A stretch of DNA of 64,000 nt from Squalus acanthias (Eukaryota): the NCBI GenBank assembly GCA_030390025.1, contig JASTWF010000366.1:186001-250000 (forward strand), given 5' to 3'. Position numbers and translations under genes: made by a program. A model generated the notes under the pieces. That model worked only from the letters and a program-made list of their open reading frames with translations, had not been told where the DNA came from and made no database searches. Each line of letters starts with the position of its first letter. The first letter of the stretch is position 1. Positions 49,224-61,214 of this stretch are shown here, piece after piece.

Positions 49224-51167
49224 TACTGCTTAACAGGGTTCAGTAATGAGGTTTCCCGCTTGCTCCCCCCCTCCAACCACCCCACCTCTCCCGCCGCCAC
49301 CTTTTCGAGTCGGAACTGATGTCTTATAACTTCTCCCCGCATTTCTGACTTTCTGAGCCTGCCTAAAACTTTTGCAGCTCTCTGATTAAAAGTCTGACTG
49401 CACTCGCAGCCTTCCTGTTTCTAGACAAATTAATAAATTGTTTATTGTTTAGTCTGGGAAAAGATCCATAATCCATTTAGCATAATAACCACCTTTTGTC
49501 TTGGTGCCTTTAAAAAAAAACTTGTGAGATTATGATTTGCTCAAAATACATTAAAAGTAACTAATTTTCAAATTCTGTCGAAAAATTGTCAAAAATCATG
49601 AAATATGGCAACTGACTATATACAGATTGTAAATACCATAAATCTATAATAAACCGTATAACAGGAATCAGCATTATATAGAGATTTGAAGTGAATTTCT
49701 GCTGAGGTCCTCCCACTTAACCACTGCAACTTTGGCAGAGGAGCTGTGGAAACCCCGGAAAAGTGGTGTAAACGACCGATTAAATTCACCACCATTTTAT
49801 ATATACTGTACATTTATCATATTCTACAAGTGGATCTCCAATAGCATTTTTCATGGAATATCAGTGGAAACAGACTCTCCGTTACCTGTAGTAGTTGCTG
49901 ACTGTCTCTATCTGCCTTCTTTTGGTTGTGCCTTTCTCTTGTCTTCTGTTTTTCTCCATTTTTGTTTTGTTATATGCTTTCTTCTGTTTGTCTTTTGTTG
50001 TTTTAGTCTTTCATTTGAGGTGTCTGGTGGTGTGGTGTAACAATTTGCCAGTTCTCAGGTTAGTGGTGGGAATTAGTGAAGAGAGAATGGATGAGGTTTG
50101 CATTGCAGATTAGGCTGTGTATAGATAGGAATTGTGGTGAAGAGAGATTATCAAGGGTGAAACTGTGGTGGCAAGCGGGAGGAGGTGAGGGAGAGTGGTG
50201 GAAGTTGGGATGGGACTGGGGTTGGGTTGGGACTGGGACCTTGATGGTAGACCAGAAGCAGAAATGGGTGCTGTGAGTCTGAGGGGCAGCGGTGGTGGCG
50301 ATTGTGAGAGGGGAAAGAGAACATTGTCAGCGCATAGGCAAATGAAGCAATGTATGGGGTAGTAAGGAAGAAAGGGAAGAAGTGGGGCTGGGGTAAGGAT
50401 TGGGTAGAGAATAGTGTGAGCACAATGCCAGGTAAGGAAGTGGGAACAAGTGAGGCAAGGGCAGCAGAAACGTGGTGATATATCCATGCTGTCCTCAGTG
50501 ACCCTGTGTATGTGTAGCTTTTGGTTGGGAAGTGCAAGAACACGGCGGGGCGGGGGGGGGCGGAGCAAGGCTGAGTTTAAGGCTGAGTTGAAAGAACTAC
50601 TTGGTAGATTTGGTCCAGAGTGGGGTTAGAGGTGAAGGCTAGGTTAGACGATCAGCTAAAGAAAGCTGGAGAAGTGTTTGGAAGAGGTGAATAGGAGCAT
50701 GGCCAGGGTGGAGGTGGAGTCTGAGGTTGATGGTGGTGCTGAGATAGAAGCGCCGCTGCAGAAGCTTCCAATTTACTTCTGCTTGAATGTAAAATCTAGC
50801 CCAGTCCTTCTCAATCATCTTGCAGCATCTGGTGCAAAACAATGAATGGAGTTTGACTGCACTAGTGTAGGAATTGACATTTGTATGTTTTGTGCACCTA
50901 AACCCCTTCTCTCCTGCACACCTGATCTTCTTCAATGCCTGCATGACACTAATCTCAAAAGACTCCAACGCCAATAGAAACATTATTAATGATAATAAGG
51001 AGACAGATTTTAAAATTTAGCTTCAGCACTCAGCAAAATGAACACAATTTGCATAAAGTGCATTGATTAGCAATACAATTTGTTGCTGATTGAAACACTT
51101 TACCATTCTCATCAATAAAAATCAGGTACCTTGTCAGTTATAAAACATGATAATACATGTTAAAGTG

Positions 51168-51612
51168 TCAGTCATGGCTCTCTCACTTCTGAGTCAGAGG
51201 TTGTGGGTTCAAGTCCCACTCTAGGGACGAACACAAAATCTAGGCTGACACTCCAATGCAGTGGTGAGGGAGCGCTGCATTGTTGGAGGTGCTGTCTTTC
51301 AGATGAGACGTTAAACTGAGGCCGCAGCTGCCCTCTCAGGTGGACATAAAAAATCCCATTGCATTATTTTGAAGAAGAGCAGGGGAGTTCTCCCGGTGTC
51401 CTGGCCAATACTTATCCCTCAACCAACATCACTAAAACAGATTATCTGGTCATTATCACATTGCTGTTTGTGGGAGCTTGCTGTGCGCAAATTGGCTGCC
51501 GCCAATCTTACATTACAACAGTGACTACACTTCAAAACTATTTCATTTCCTGTAAGGCACTTTGTGACTTCCTGAGGTCATGAAAGTAACTATAAATGTA
51601 AGTCTTTCTTTC
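51168..51612 (+). mobile_element. DeuSINE (SacSINE1-like)
   Basis: tRNA-like head with B box GGTTCAAGTCCC, a well-preserved Deu core, and an L2-like tail. Confidence 0.82.
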
Positions 51613-51719
51613 TTTGGTGGTCAGTTAAGATTATAATAAGCGATTTGAAGTGAGCTAGCTACACAGTTTTAAGGTTATTAATTAGTTATTTCACTTGAGT
51701 ATCTGCTCCCCTTACAGGT

Positions 51720-53302
51720 CACTTGATAAATGTATTGCGTGTACCCTGATGACATTTACCTCTCTTGACACCCCCACTGCCTCTATGCTGTCAGACTACT
51801 TGTCTGACATCCTGTCCTGGATAAACCACAATTTTCTCCAGTTAAACATTGGGAAGACCGATGCCATCATCTCCATACCCTTACCACAAATCCATCCCCC
51901 TCTCTCAATCTGAATCTGAATCGAGCTGGCTGCAACTACTGCGTGTTATTCGAGCCTGAGCTGACTCCAACCTCATAACCTTGCCATTAAAAAGGCAGCT
52001 TACTTCCACTTCTGTAACGTCACCTGCATCCGGCCCTGCCTAAGCTTATCCGCTGCTGAAACTCTGATCCATGCCTTTGTTACCTCCAGATTTGATTATT
52101 CCAATGCGCTCCTGGCTGGCTTTCCATCCTTCACGCTCTGTAAACTTCAGTTTATCTAAAACTCTGCTGCCCATCTCCTATCCTGCAATCCAACACCCCT
52201 ATCCTAGCTGACCTACATAGGCTCCCAATCCCCCAACACCTCAAATTTTAAATTCTCATCCTTGTGTTTAAATCCCTTCATGGCCTCACCCCTTCGTATC
52301 TATGTAACCTCCTCAAGCCATACAGCCTCCCCCTCCCCCTCCGCCCTCAATCTCTCCGTTCCTCTGACTCAGGCCTCTTATGCATCCCCTCTCTCTACAC
52401 ACCTTCATTGGCGGCTGTGCCATCGGCTGTCTCGGCCCTAAGCTCTGGAATTCCCTGCCTAAACACCCTCTGCCTCTCCACCTCCCACTCTTCCTTTAAG
52501 ACACTCCCTAAAACTCACCTCTTTTCCCTCCTAATAACTCTTTCTTTGGCTCGGCATCCATTTTTGTCTGATTATGCCTCTGTGAAGCAACTTGGGATGT
52601 TTTTCTACATTAAAGGCGCTATATAAATGCAAGTTGTTGTTCGTGGCAGTGGAGGTGGCGTGGAACTGAGCCACACACACCAGAAAGTCCCAACTTAGAT
52701 CTGTGCCATGCTTTGATGGGTCCCATAAGAAATGTGTGCATGAGTGAGGAGCTTACCACCACTTTCCTCCACTGGTGGCTGTGCCATCGACTGTCTCGGT
52801 GCCATCGACTGTCTCGGCCCCATGCTATGGAACTCCCCACCTAAACCTCCTCTGCCTCTCCACCTCCCTCTCTTCCTTTAAGACACTCCTTAAAAGCAAC
52901 GCCTCGATTTTAAAATTCTCATCCTTGTTTTCAAATCCCTCCATGGCCTCACCCCTCCCTGTCTCTGAATCTCCTCCAGCCCTACAATTCCTCGAGATCT
53001 CTGCGCTCCGCCAATTCTGGCCTCTTGAACATCCCTGATTTTAATTGCTCCACCATTGGCGGCTGTGCTTTCAGCTGCCTAGGCCCTAAGCTGTGGAATT
53101 CCCTCCCTAAACTTCTCCGCCTCTCTACTTCTCTTTCCTCCTTTAAGATGCTCCTTAAAACCTACCTCTTTGTCATCGTCCCTAACTTCTCCTTATATGG
53201 CTCAGTGTCAAATTTTGTTTTGATAATACTCCTGTGAAGCGCCTTGGGACCTTTTACTACGTTAACAGTGCTATATAAATGCAAGTTGTTGTTGTTGTTG
53301 TT
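51720..53302 (+). mobile_element. Tandem L2 LINE 3' fragments
   Basis: NFLQLNIGKT, LIHAFVTSR.DY.N.LL, and LWNSLP..LR...SL..FK..LKT.LF motifs. Tails gctatataaatgcaag(ttg)n at about 52620 and 53270. Confidence 0.82.
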
Positions 53303-53329
53303 ACCACCAAAGTTCTTTTCATTTACAGC

Positions 53330-53775
53330 CAGGGATGAAGGACTAAGATAATTGTAACAACTTGGTCGGTAATCTCCATCCATGCATCTTGCACCCTTGT
53401 TTTTACTGGAGGTTGGCCTTCAGCCTCTTTAGTACGCCTCCTCCAGTAGGACATCAACCTTTCAACATTAAAAGGAGCACTGTTTCCCCTGTCTCCACTG
53501 TGCCATTGTGAACAATTAGTCCACTTTTCTGCCACGACTGCAACTTCTGAGCTGCAGCCCTTTAAGAGCAGCTGTCTTGCCAATCTTACACGCTACAGTC
53601 CCTTGCCAAGTGTGCTACAGGCCAAGTTCTCTAGGCCAATAGCTTATTTAAATTAGGGGAGGGACTCCCCTCATAAAATTTGGTGGGGTCCACCCTCTGA
53701 GCTGCTGATGTAGGTGATCCTGTACCATGGGTCAGCCCTACCCCATTTTTGCTGGACTCACAAAATTAGCGCTTC
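53330..53775 (-). mobile_element. Possible very decayed Harbinger end with Myb/SANT remnant
   Basis: Minus-strand ...VQDAWMEITDQV resembles the Myb-like helix of the 56.6 and 61.5 kb copies. TIR-like GCGCTAATTTTG near 53772. Confidence 0.4.
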
Positions 53776-54509
53776 TATTCATACAGTGAATTGTAGGAAA
53801 TCATACAAGCATCTGCACAATGCACAGGAAGCACATAAACACATCAGGAAAGTGTATGCGGAAAAACTCAAAACAGAAGGCACGTGCTGATCCTTGTACA
53901 ACGACCTCCACTACATTGTTCTCTGATAGTTACTTCCTAGTTTGTATAATTGCTTTTTAGTTCTATTGTTGTGCTGCTAGATGGTTGTGACACATTTTAC
54001 GTACTTTGATTTGTTGTATTTATGAGGTTGAAGAGATTACATCTACTGGATTTGAATCTTTTGGTTTTCGAATTTTTTTTCTCCTTTTCATCCTCACTCT
54101 CTCCTCCGGAAAACACTGATATCTGAAAGTGCACAAAAAGTGGTACCAAACAAGAGAAAAGAAGGAGAAATGTTGGGTGGGGAGGCAAAAGGCAGCGTTG
54201 GAGAGAAGGCAAAGAGAGGCGGCGAGATTAAATGATTTGGGAGAGAATTTCACAAGGCAGGGATGTAAGGATAGGTCAGAAGGATATTAGAGAGTGCGAT
54301 GTTTGAACATGGACAAAATGTAAGAGGAATAATGGAATAATCACTGAGACCAGGAAGTGGGTGGTTCAAGCAGGTGACATGGTGAAATGTATAGCCAGGT
54401 GGTCTGGCCTCTGTGAGAGGAAAAGAATCAACAACAATGAGCCATCTTTCAATCAAACCCAGGATGTGGGTAGCTTATCACAGTGAGTGTTCATTGTTTA
54501 GAGCAGGAC

Positions 54510-55220
54510 TACATAAGAACATAAGAAATAGGAGCAGGAGTAGGCCATACGGCCACTGGAGCCTGCTCTGCCATTCAATAAGATCATGGCTGACCATTGA
54601 CCTCAACTCCACTTTCCCGCCGATCCCCATATCCCTTGATTCCCCTAGAGTCCAAAAATCTATCTATCTCAGCCTTGAATATACTCAAAGACTCAGCATC
54701 CACAGCCCTCTGGGGCAGAGAATTATAATGATTCACAACCCTCAGAGTGAAGAAATTCCTCCTCATTTCGGTCTTAAATAGCCTACCCCTTATTCTGAGA
54801 CTATGCCCCCTAGTTCTAGACATGCCAGCCAGGGGAAACAACCGCTCAGCATCTACCCTGTCAATCCCCTTCAGAATCTTGTATGTTTCAATGGGATGTG
54901 GGCGTTGTTGGCAAGGCCAGCATTTATTGCCCATCCCTAATTGCCCTTGAGAAGGTGGTGGTGAGCCGCCTTCTTGAAGCGCTGCAGTCCGTGTGGTGAA
55001 GGTACTCCCACAGTGTTGGAGTTCCAGGATTTTGACCCAGCGATGATGAAGGATCGGCGATATACTTCCAAGTCAGGATGGTGTGTGACTTGGAGGGGAA
55101 CTTGGAGGTGGTGGTGTTCCCATGTGCCTGCTGCCCTCGTCCTTCTAGGTGGAAGAGATCGCGGGTTTGGGAGGTGCTGCTGAAGAAGCCTTGGCGAGTT
55201 GCTGCAGTGCATCTTGTAGT
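54510..55220 (-). mobile_element. CR1 3' end abutting the 3' end of a second CR1/L2-group LINE
   Basis: (TTCTTATG)n tail at 54510 and CR1 C-terminal peptide. Second LINE tail from about 54890, homologous to 63030-63400. Confidence 0.8.
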
Positions 55221-56289
55221 TTAACGTCACATTTGAAAGACGGCACCTCCGACAATGCAGCATTCCCTCAGTACTGCATTTAAGTACCAGCCTAGATTAT
55301 GTGCTCAATTCATGAAGTGAGACTTTAACTTGTGACTTTCTGATTCAGAGGCAAGAGTGCTTCCACTTAGCCAAAACTGACACCATATAAGTGGAAGTAG
55401 GACTGGGCTTTGTGGGCCGGGCTGCCAGCGCTTGTGGAAAACCCTACTGTAGGAGATCTAATGTCCTTTAGGGAAGGAAATTTGCCATCCTTACCTGGTC
55501 TGGCCTATATGTGACTCCAGACCCACAGCAATCTGGTTGACTCAACCCTCTGAAATGCCCTAGCAAGCCACTCAGTTGTATCAAACCAGTATGACAAAGT
55601 CAGCACTGTGGGAGTACCTTCACCACACGGACTGAAGCAGTTCAAGAAGGAGGCTCACCACCACCTTCTCAAGGGCAATTAGGGATGGGCAATAAATGCT
55701 GTCCTCACCAGCAACACCCACATCTCGTGAACGAATACATTAAAAAAAATATACAGGCATGGTGTACTGCATCCAGGAGAAGGGGCAGTTGAGGTAGGGC
55801 AGTAAAGTGGGTAGAAATGGAGTAGACGCATGAGAGCTCAGGTCCAGGGTGGCAGCAACTATGTGCATGTAAATGGACTGGGAGTAAGATTAACTGTGGG
55901 GAGGTCAGCAATGCTTTGTCTGCACAGATTGTTTCTTCTGTAATGCCCCTAAAGAGCAGTGTTAGGGCCTACCTGTGGGGCTGAATTGAAGTCTGCTGGA
56001 GGCTGGTGTTTAAAACCTATCTGGAGGTTGGGGTTGGGTTTAACCTGATGTCAAGGTGTGTGGCCTTCTTAGAATTGTGATCTGATATCTGCCTGTTGGA
56101 GATTCAGGGCCACCCTGTAGTTGGAGAAATATCCCTAAAGTGATTCACAGAGGTGTAATCAAAAAAATAACACCGAGCCATAAACTGGGAGAAGTTCGGA
56201 GGGGGTGACCAAATGCTTCGTCAAAGTAGTGGGTTTTAATGGGAGTCCTAAAGAAGGAGAGCTCAGCTTGAGGTCAAATAGGACACTAA

Positions 56290-57933
56290 GGGCTAGAAAT
56301 TCATTATAGCCAAGGAATAGGCAGTGTTTAGACTAAAAATGGTGAATTAGCGCCAGGTGAAAATCATCTGACTGCACGCAAAATTTGTCCTCACACTTCA
56401 TTAAAATGATTGGAGCCATAAATCTAGTCGAAAAACCCAAGCTCATTGGCGTTACACTGAAAAGATGGGCCAATATCGGGTGTAGTCTAAACACAAATAA
56501 TGATTGCCACAGGCTTTTTTTACTGCTTAAAGGGGAGATCCATTGATGCTGCAGCATCTCATTGTTGGCTGTGCAGCTGTCTCAACAACTATAATAAGAA
56601 GAACAAGGAGAAGGAGCACTTATTTACAAATCCTGATGGCAGTTTGCCGCCCCAGGGAGATAGCCCGCAGGTTTTCCCATGAGGCTTTAGAGGCATTGGT
56701 TTTAGCAGTGGAGAGAAGGTGGCCGGTCCTGTACCCACCAACTGGCAGGAGGCCCTCGTCACAAGTCTGCCGTACTATGTGGAGGGAGGTGGCACACCAC
56801 ATCTCGGACAGCACTGTGGTCCCCAGGACCCACACCCAGTGCAGGAATAGCTTTAACAAGCTCACACGGGTGGGCAAGGTGAATGAAGGCTTCAACAAAT
56901 GCTACATACCACCATCTGTACCACAAGCTTCACACACTGCTTAATGCACCACACCCCCAGCACTCACCCACCAACAATCTCTACCTACCAACACTCACAC
57001 CCACATCTCACACTTTGCACACAATGACAGCTATTCAACTATGGCAGGCACAAGGGTCATTAGTTATTAGAATGCATGTGATATGTGTGATATGTTTATG
57101 CATAAATTTATTAATAGAGTTTGGAATATTTTGTGGTCTCTCTCATTTCACCTTTGTGCCCAGGAGGATGCTGTGATATGACATGACACAGGGATGGTAT
57201 GATGGGGATGTGGAGAGCAACGGGGATCTGGGGTTTCATTCATTCAAATCAGAGTCTGATGAGCCAGTCACAGACCGCCCGACCGAAAGCCCAATTGTTT
57301 GGCTGCCTCCTCCCTCCCTCCTGTTCCTCGTCTTCTTCCTCCTCCCTCTGTGCACATGTTCCCGTCTTCCTCATTGCCTCCGCTCCCTCCGCCGTAGATC
57401 CTGGAGGGCAAGGTGAACCGCCAGTACAGCCCCCATGACTTTTAGCAAGTGTTGTAGGTTGAATCTTTCAAGAATAAATGTTGCACTTTTCTACTTGCCA
57501 CAACACTACTGATACCAAAGAACCTTCAAATCACTAAATAAAACTGTTGCAGCATCAGGAACTAACACACAGGCACTGAAATTTCACTAACCTGTCAGGT
57601 GCGAGTGATTGGGGCTGATCCCTTTAAATAAGGTTCCTGGAGCCGGCTTCCTGGTGCTGCACGCCAGCTCGCGCTGTCATTGTTAATTACAGACGGTGAG
57701 GTAAATTGCGAGTAGCAATTTGGGAGATCGGGCAATCAGTGAGCGTTGCACACTCACTGATGTCATGATATCCCTGGCATTGAAGTCACTGACGCTCGCT
57801 GTTACGGGCAGCGCTACAAGGGGTCCCGATTTGACGCTGGATTCGACAGGAGCTGTCGTTACAGCTCTCAATGCTGCATTAGCGCCAACTAATGGCGCTA
57901 ATGGGTGGCGCTAAGGGGACAAATTTTTCCCCC
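56290..57933. mobile_element. Internally deleted PIF/Harbinger transposon (Myb/SANT exon on +, transposase ends on -)
   Basis: TSD TAA (56287-89 and 57934-36). Imperfect TIRs GGGCTAGAAATT / AATTTTTCCCCC. Myb-like exon 56636-56878 (RFS.EALEALV...W.EVA...RT..QCR..FN.L) ending AAG|gt. Transposase remnant from ATG 57436. Interrupts an L2 copy. Confidence 0.82.
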
Positions 57934-58647
57934 TAAGGTTGTCAATAGTCTGGTTCAGCCAGAGAGAGGGGGTGGAATTGGTGGCAAGGGTGCGGCAATG
58001 ATGGCTTTGGTATTTCCAGTGTTTAGTTGAAATAAATTGTGACTCATGCAAGACTGGATGTTGGACAAGCAGTCTGATAACAGCAGTCGAGGGTCAAGGG
58101 AGGTGGTGGAGAGGATAGAACCTTGAGGTGTTCTTGAGGTAATAGTGTGAGGATGGGGAGAAGCCATTCTTGGAGATGCTCTGGCTACAATTAGATAGGT
58201 AAGTTTCGAACCAAGCAAGAGCAGTCCCAATGAATTGGACAACAGAGGAGAGGCATTGGTAGATGATGCTGTGGTTGACCATGTCAAAAAACTGCAAAGA
58301 GCTTTAGGATGAGCAGGGAATATGCACCATGGTCACAGTCACAGAGAATGTAATTTTGAATTTGATGCTATGGCAGGGAGGAAACCTGAATGGTGAGATA
58401 CTTGAAGTCAGTGAAGTGAACAATGGCAAAAATCTACTCTCTGAATATAAAGGCTAAAATAAGGAGATTTTTGAATTTGAGTTCTGAAATATTAACCTAT
58501 CTTTCTCTTTCAGATGCTGACGGACGTGCTGCGAATTTCCAGGAGTTTTCTAGTTTTATTTTAAATTTCATTCAGAATTTTTCTTTTTATCTCTATTATT
58601 TGCATTGCTTACAGGCAACAGGCAAGTATTATAATATTAATATCAAC

Positions 58648-59088
58648 CTTGGCTCAGTGGTAGCATGCTTGTCTCTAAGATAGAAGGTTGTGGGTTTATG
58701 CCCCATTCCCAAGACTTAAGTATGTAATCTAGCTGACACTTCAGTACAGTACCGAGGAAGTACTGCATTGTCGGAGGTGCTGTCTTTCAGATGTGATGTT
58801 AAACCGAGGCTTTATCTGCTTACTTAAGGCAGATGTAAAAGATCCTGTGGCACAGTTTGTAGAAGAGCAGCGGAGTACTCTTGGCCAATGTTTATCCCTC
58901 ATACAACATCACTAAAACAGATTTTCTGGTCATTTTTCTCATTGCAGTTTGTGGAACCTTGCTGTCCACAAATTGTCTGATGCATTTGCCTATGTTAAAC
59001 TGTGACAACACTTCCAAAGTACTTCAATGGCTGTGATGTGCATTTGGATGTACATGAATGGCACTATATAAATGCAAGTTCTTTCTTT
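58648..59088 (+). mobile_element. DeuSINE
   Basis: TGGCTCAGTGGTAGCA head, Deu core, L2-like tail. Confidence 0.8.
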
Positions 59089-61072
59089 TTTATAGAGGTA
59101 ATCATGCAGCATTGCATGTGTATTCAACAATTATATTTTCCGTGTAAAAGTATGAAATTTGCTGTTAAATTTTGGGCTTTCTCTAAACATTTTTATCTCG
59201 TGCTTAAGGCAGAAGGGCAGTTTTCATAAACAGACTAAGTCTTCGAGGAACCAAAACCAGTGTCTTTATGCATGCCACAGGTCCAGCAATTATTCCTTAA
59301 CTACTGCACTGGGATGCCCACTCCTGTCCACTCTGAAAGACAGTAAATACACACTGTCTGACCATTGTTTTAGCAGAATCCAATTTTTAAATCAAATTTA
59401 CCCTGTCCATATAAATTCATATTAAAATACAACACAGGAGTTTTCCTTATTTGGTGCAGGAGGTCACAATCACATTGTTTTGTAATGAACATTAAATAAT
59501 TCTGACAAAATCTACCCTAATGGATTAGGTAAATTCACTTTTGATTTAGCACTGATCCATACAGGTCAGAATGTCCCATGTTGGATCTTCAGTTTGTGTT
59601 GAGTTCACTAATCTCAGCCAGCGCCATGGTAAGCATTTCATCAGCGTCCATGGACTAGGTGGGGAAAATCAGGCAGGGTTTCCAGACTTTATTGCAATCC
59701 AATAACCCCTGCTGGAAAATGTACATATGTGGATGTTGGGCAAGGGGAGGATCAGTGTCAGCTTGGCTGAGACCCACCAGCTCCCCCCCGCCGTCCAAGG
59801 TCGAATAACTTGCCGACACATGAAGAATGTCCAGGTGGAGTAGGTATTGGAGGGTGGCTGGCACATCTTCAACAATATCCCAGGAATTTAGGGAATAAAA
59901 TTGGAAGAAAAGTTGTTTTTTTTAAAAACAAAACTAAAAGCAAGTTCTTAAGAACAGAATTAGAACTAAGAAGGAGCTAGCACAGAATAAATTGAATATG
60001 GCAATTAAACTGTGGGTCAATATTTGGTTGTATTTTTCAGTTAACTGGATGAGATTATAATTACACCTTAATAAATAAGCATCAACATAAAACAAGCTGA
60101 TTAACCAATATTGCATTATTGATCATGATTGCTTAGAATATTTCTCAGTTCCCACCGAGGAATAATTATGCATATATAAGACACTGTTCAATACCAATGT
60201 TTATACTAATAACTTTGAATGCATAATCAGTGGTTTTCCATTTTTCACAGCAAACCTAAACTTAAAAAAAAGAATTTTTCAATGTTCTCTCCTTTTGTAC
60301 TAACTTGTGCTGGCAGATGGTTCCGTAGGCATATATTGTCCTCTAGTATCCTGCATAAGAGCCCATTCCTCATATGTCAGCATAAGTAACGAGTGTTGGC
60401 AAGTTTAAAAAAAAATTGTTCTTGGGTTGTGAATGACACTGGCAAGGCTGCACTTATTGCCCATCCCTAGTTGTCCTGATCGACAATGGGCTAATCGACA
60501 ATGGGCGAGCATTATAACCAAGGTTCATCCAACATTTACACACAGGCGTTTTCCAGCAAAACTCACTGGATAGTGATCAGGTGCTGGAACCCGAGCTGAT
60601 TTTCCCCTTTCGCTCCTGCCAGTCTGGGCACTGAGTCTAGTTGTAATGCCCAATTGCTGTTTGGGTGAGATTAGCTAATTAGGAATTGAACTTGGTGCCT
60701 TCTCATTTGTATGGCTCAACACCAGACCAGGTGGTGCTTTCATCTTTTGAGTAAAGAAGGCTGAAACTTTTTGAGTGGTGTATCAATGTCAGATGGTAAT
60801 GGGCATGACCTTGAAGTATGTAAAGAAAACTGATGTTAAAAAGATGAGCAATACCACATCAAACAACTACCAGATGTAAACAGTAAGTGCAGCTGCAAAC
60901 ATAGATCAGCCAAGTGATACCAGATCTCAGAACTTTTAAGTTACTTCAAAAGGTTAAGGAAAATGGATGTGTTCACATTAGAAATAATGTGGAGATGCCG
61001 GTGTTGGACTGGGGTGGACAAATGTGAGAAGTCGCACAACACCAGGTTATAGTCCAACAGCTTTATTTGAAA

Positions 61073-61109
61073 TCACAAGCTTTCGGAGCGCTGCTCCTTC
61101 GTCAGGTGA
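61073..61109 (-). ncRNA. Minimal hammerhead ribozyme motif (left arm)
   Basis: UCAC-CUGACGA-A-GGAGC(AGC)GCUCC-GAAA-GC-UU-GUGA. Confidence 0.72.
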
Positions 61110-61114
61110 AGTCT

Positions 61115-61151
61115 TCACCTGACGAAGGAGCAGCGCTCCGAAAGTTTGTGA
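61115..61151 (+). ncRNA. Minimal hammerhead ribozyme motif (right arm, C>T in stem III)
   Basis: UCAC-CUGACGA-A-GGAGC(AGC)GCUCC-GAAA-GU-UU-GUGA. Confidence 0.62.
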
Positions 61152-61214
61152 TTTCAAATAAAGCTGTTGGACTATAACCTGGTGTTGTGCGACTTCTCAC
61201 ATTAGAAATAGATT

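Larger units (their letters stand above)
60987..61203. mobile_element. Penelope-derived mini-element: inverted pLTR palindrome plus tail
   Basis: 91-bp arms (61021-61111 and 61113-61203) with a 1-nt spacer and one mismatch. 34-bp one-sided tail 60987-61020. 14-bp direct repeat TCACATTAGAAATA (60973-86 and 61197-210). Confidence 0.85.

Noticed and set aside
49851..50050. Possible terminal exon (NGESVSTDIP*) or Lys-rich ORF on the minus strand with AATAAA at 49441
   Set aside because: The would-be acceptor has a purine-rich upstream tract, all frames are short, and no homology is recognisable.
59240..59335. Acceptor-like ctgtctttcag on the minus strand
   Set aside because: All three frames stop within about 45 nt, and no convincing donor or homology was found.
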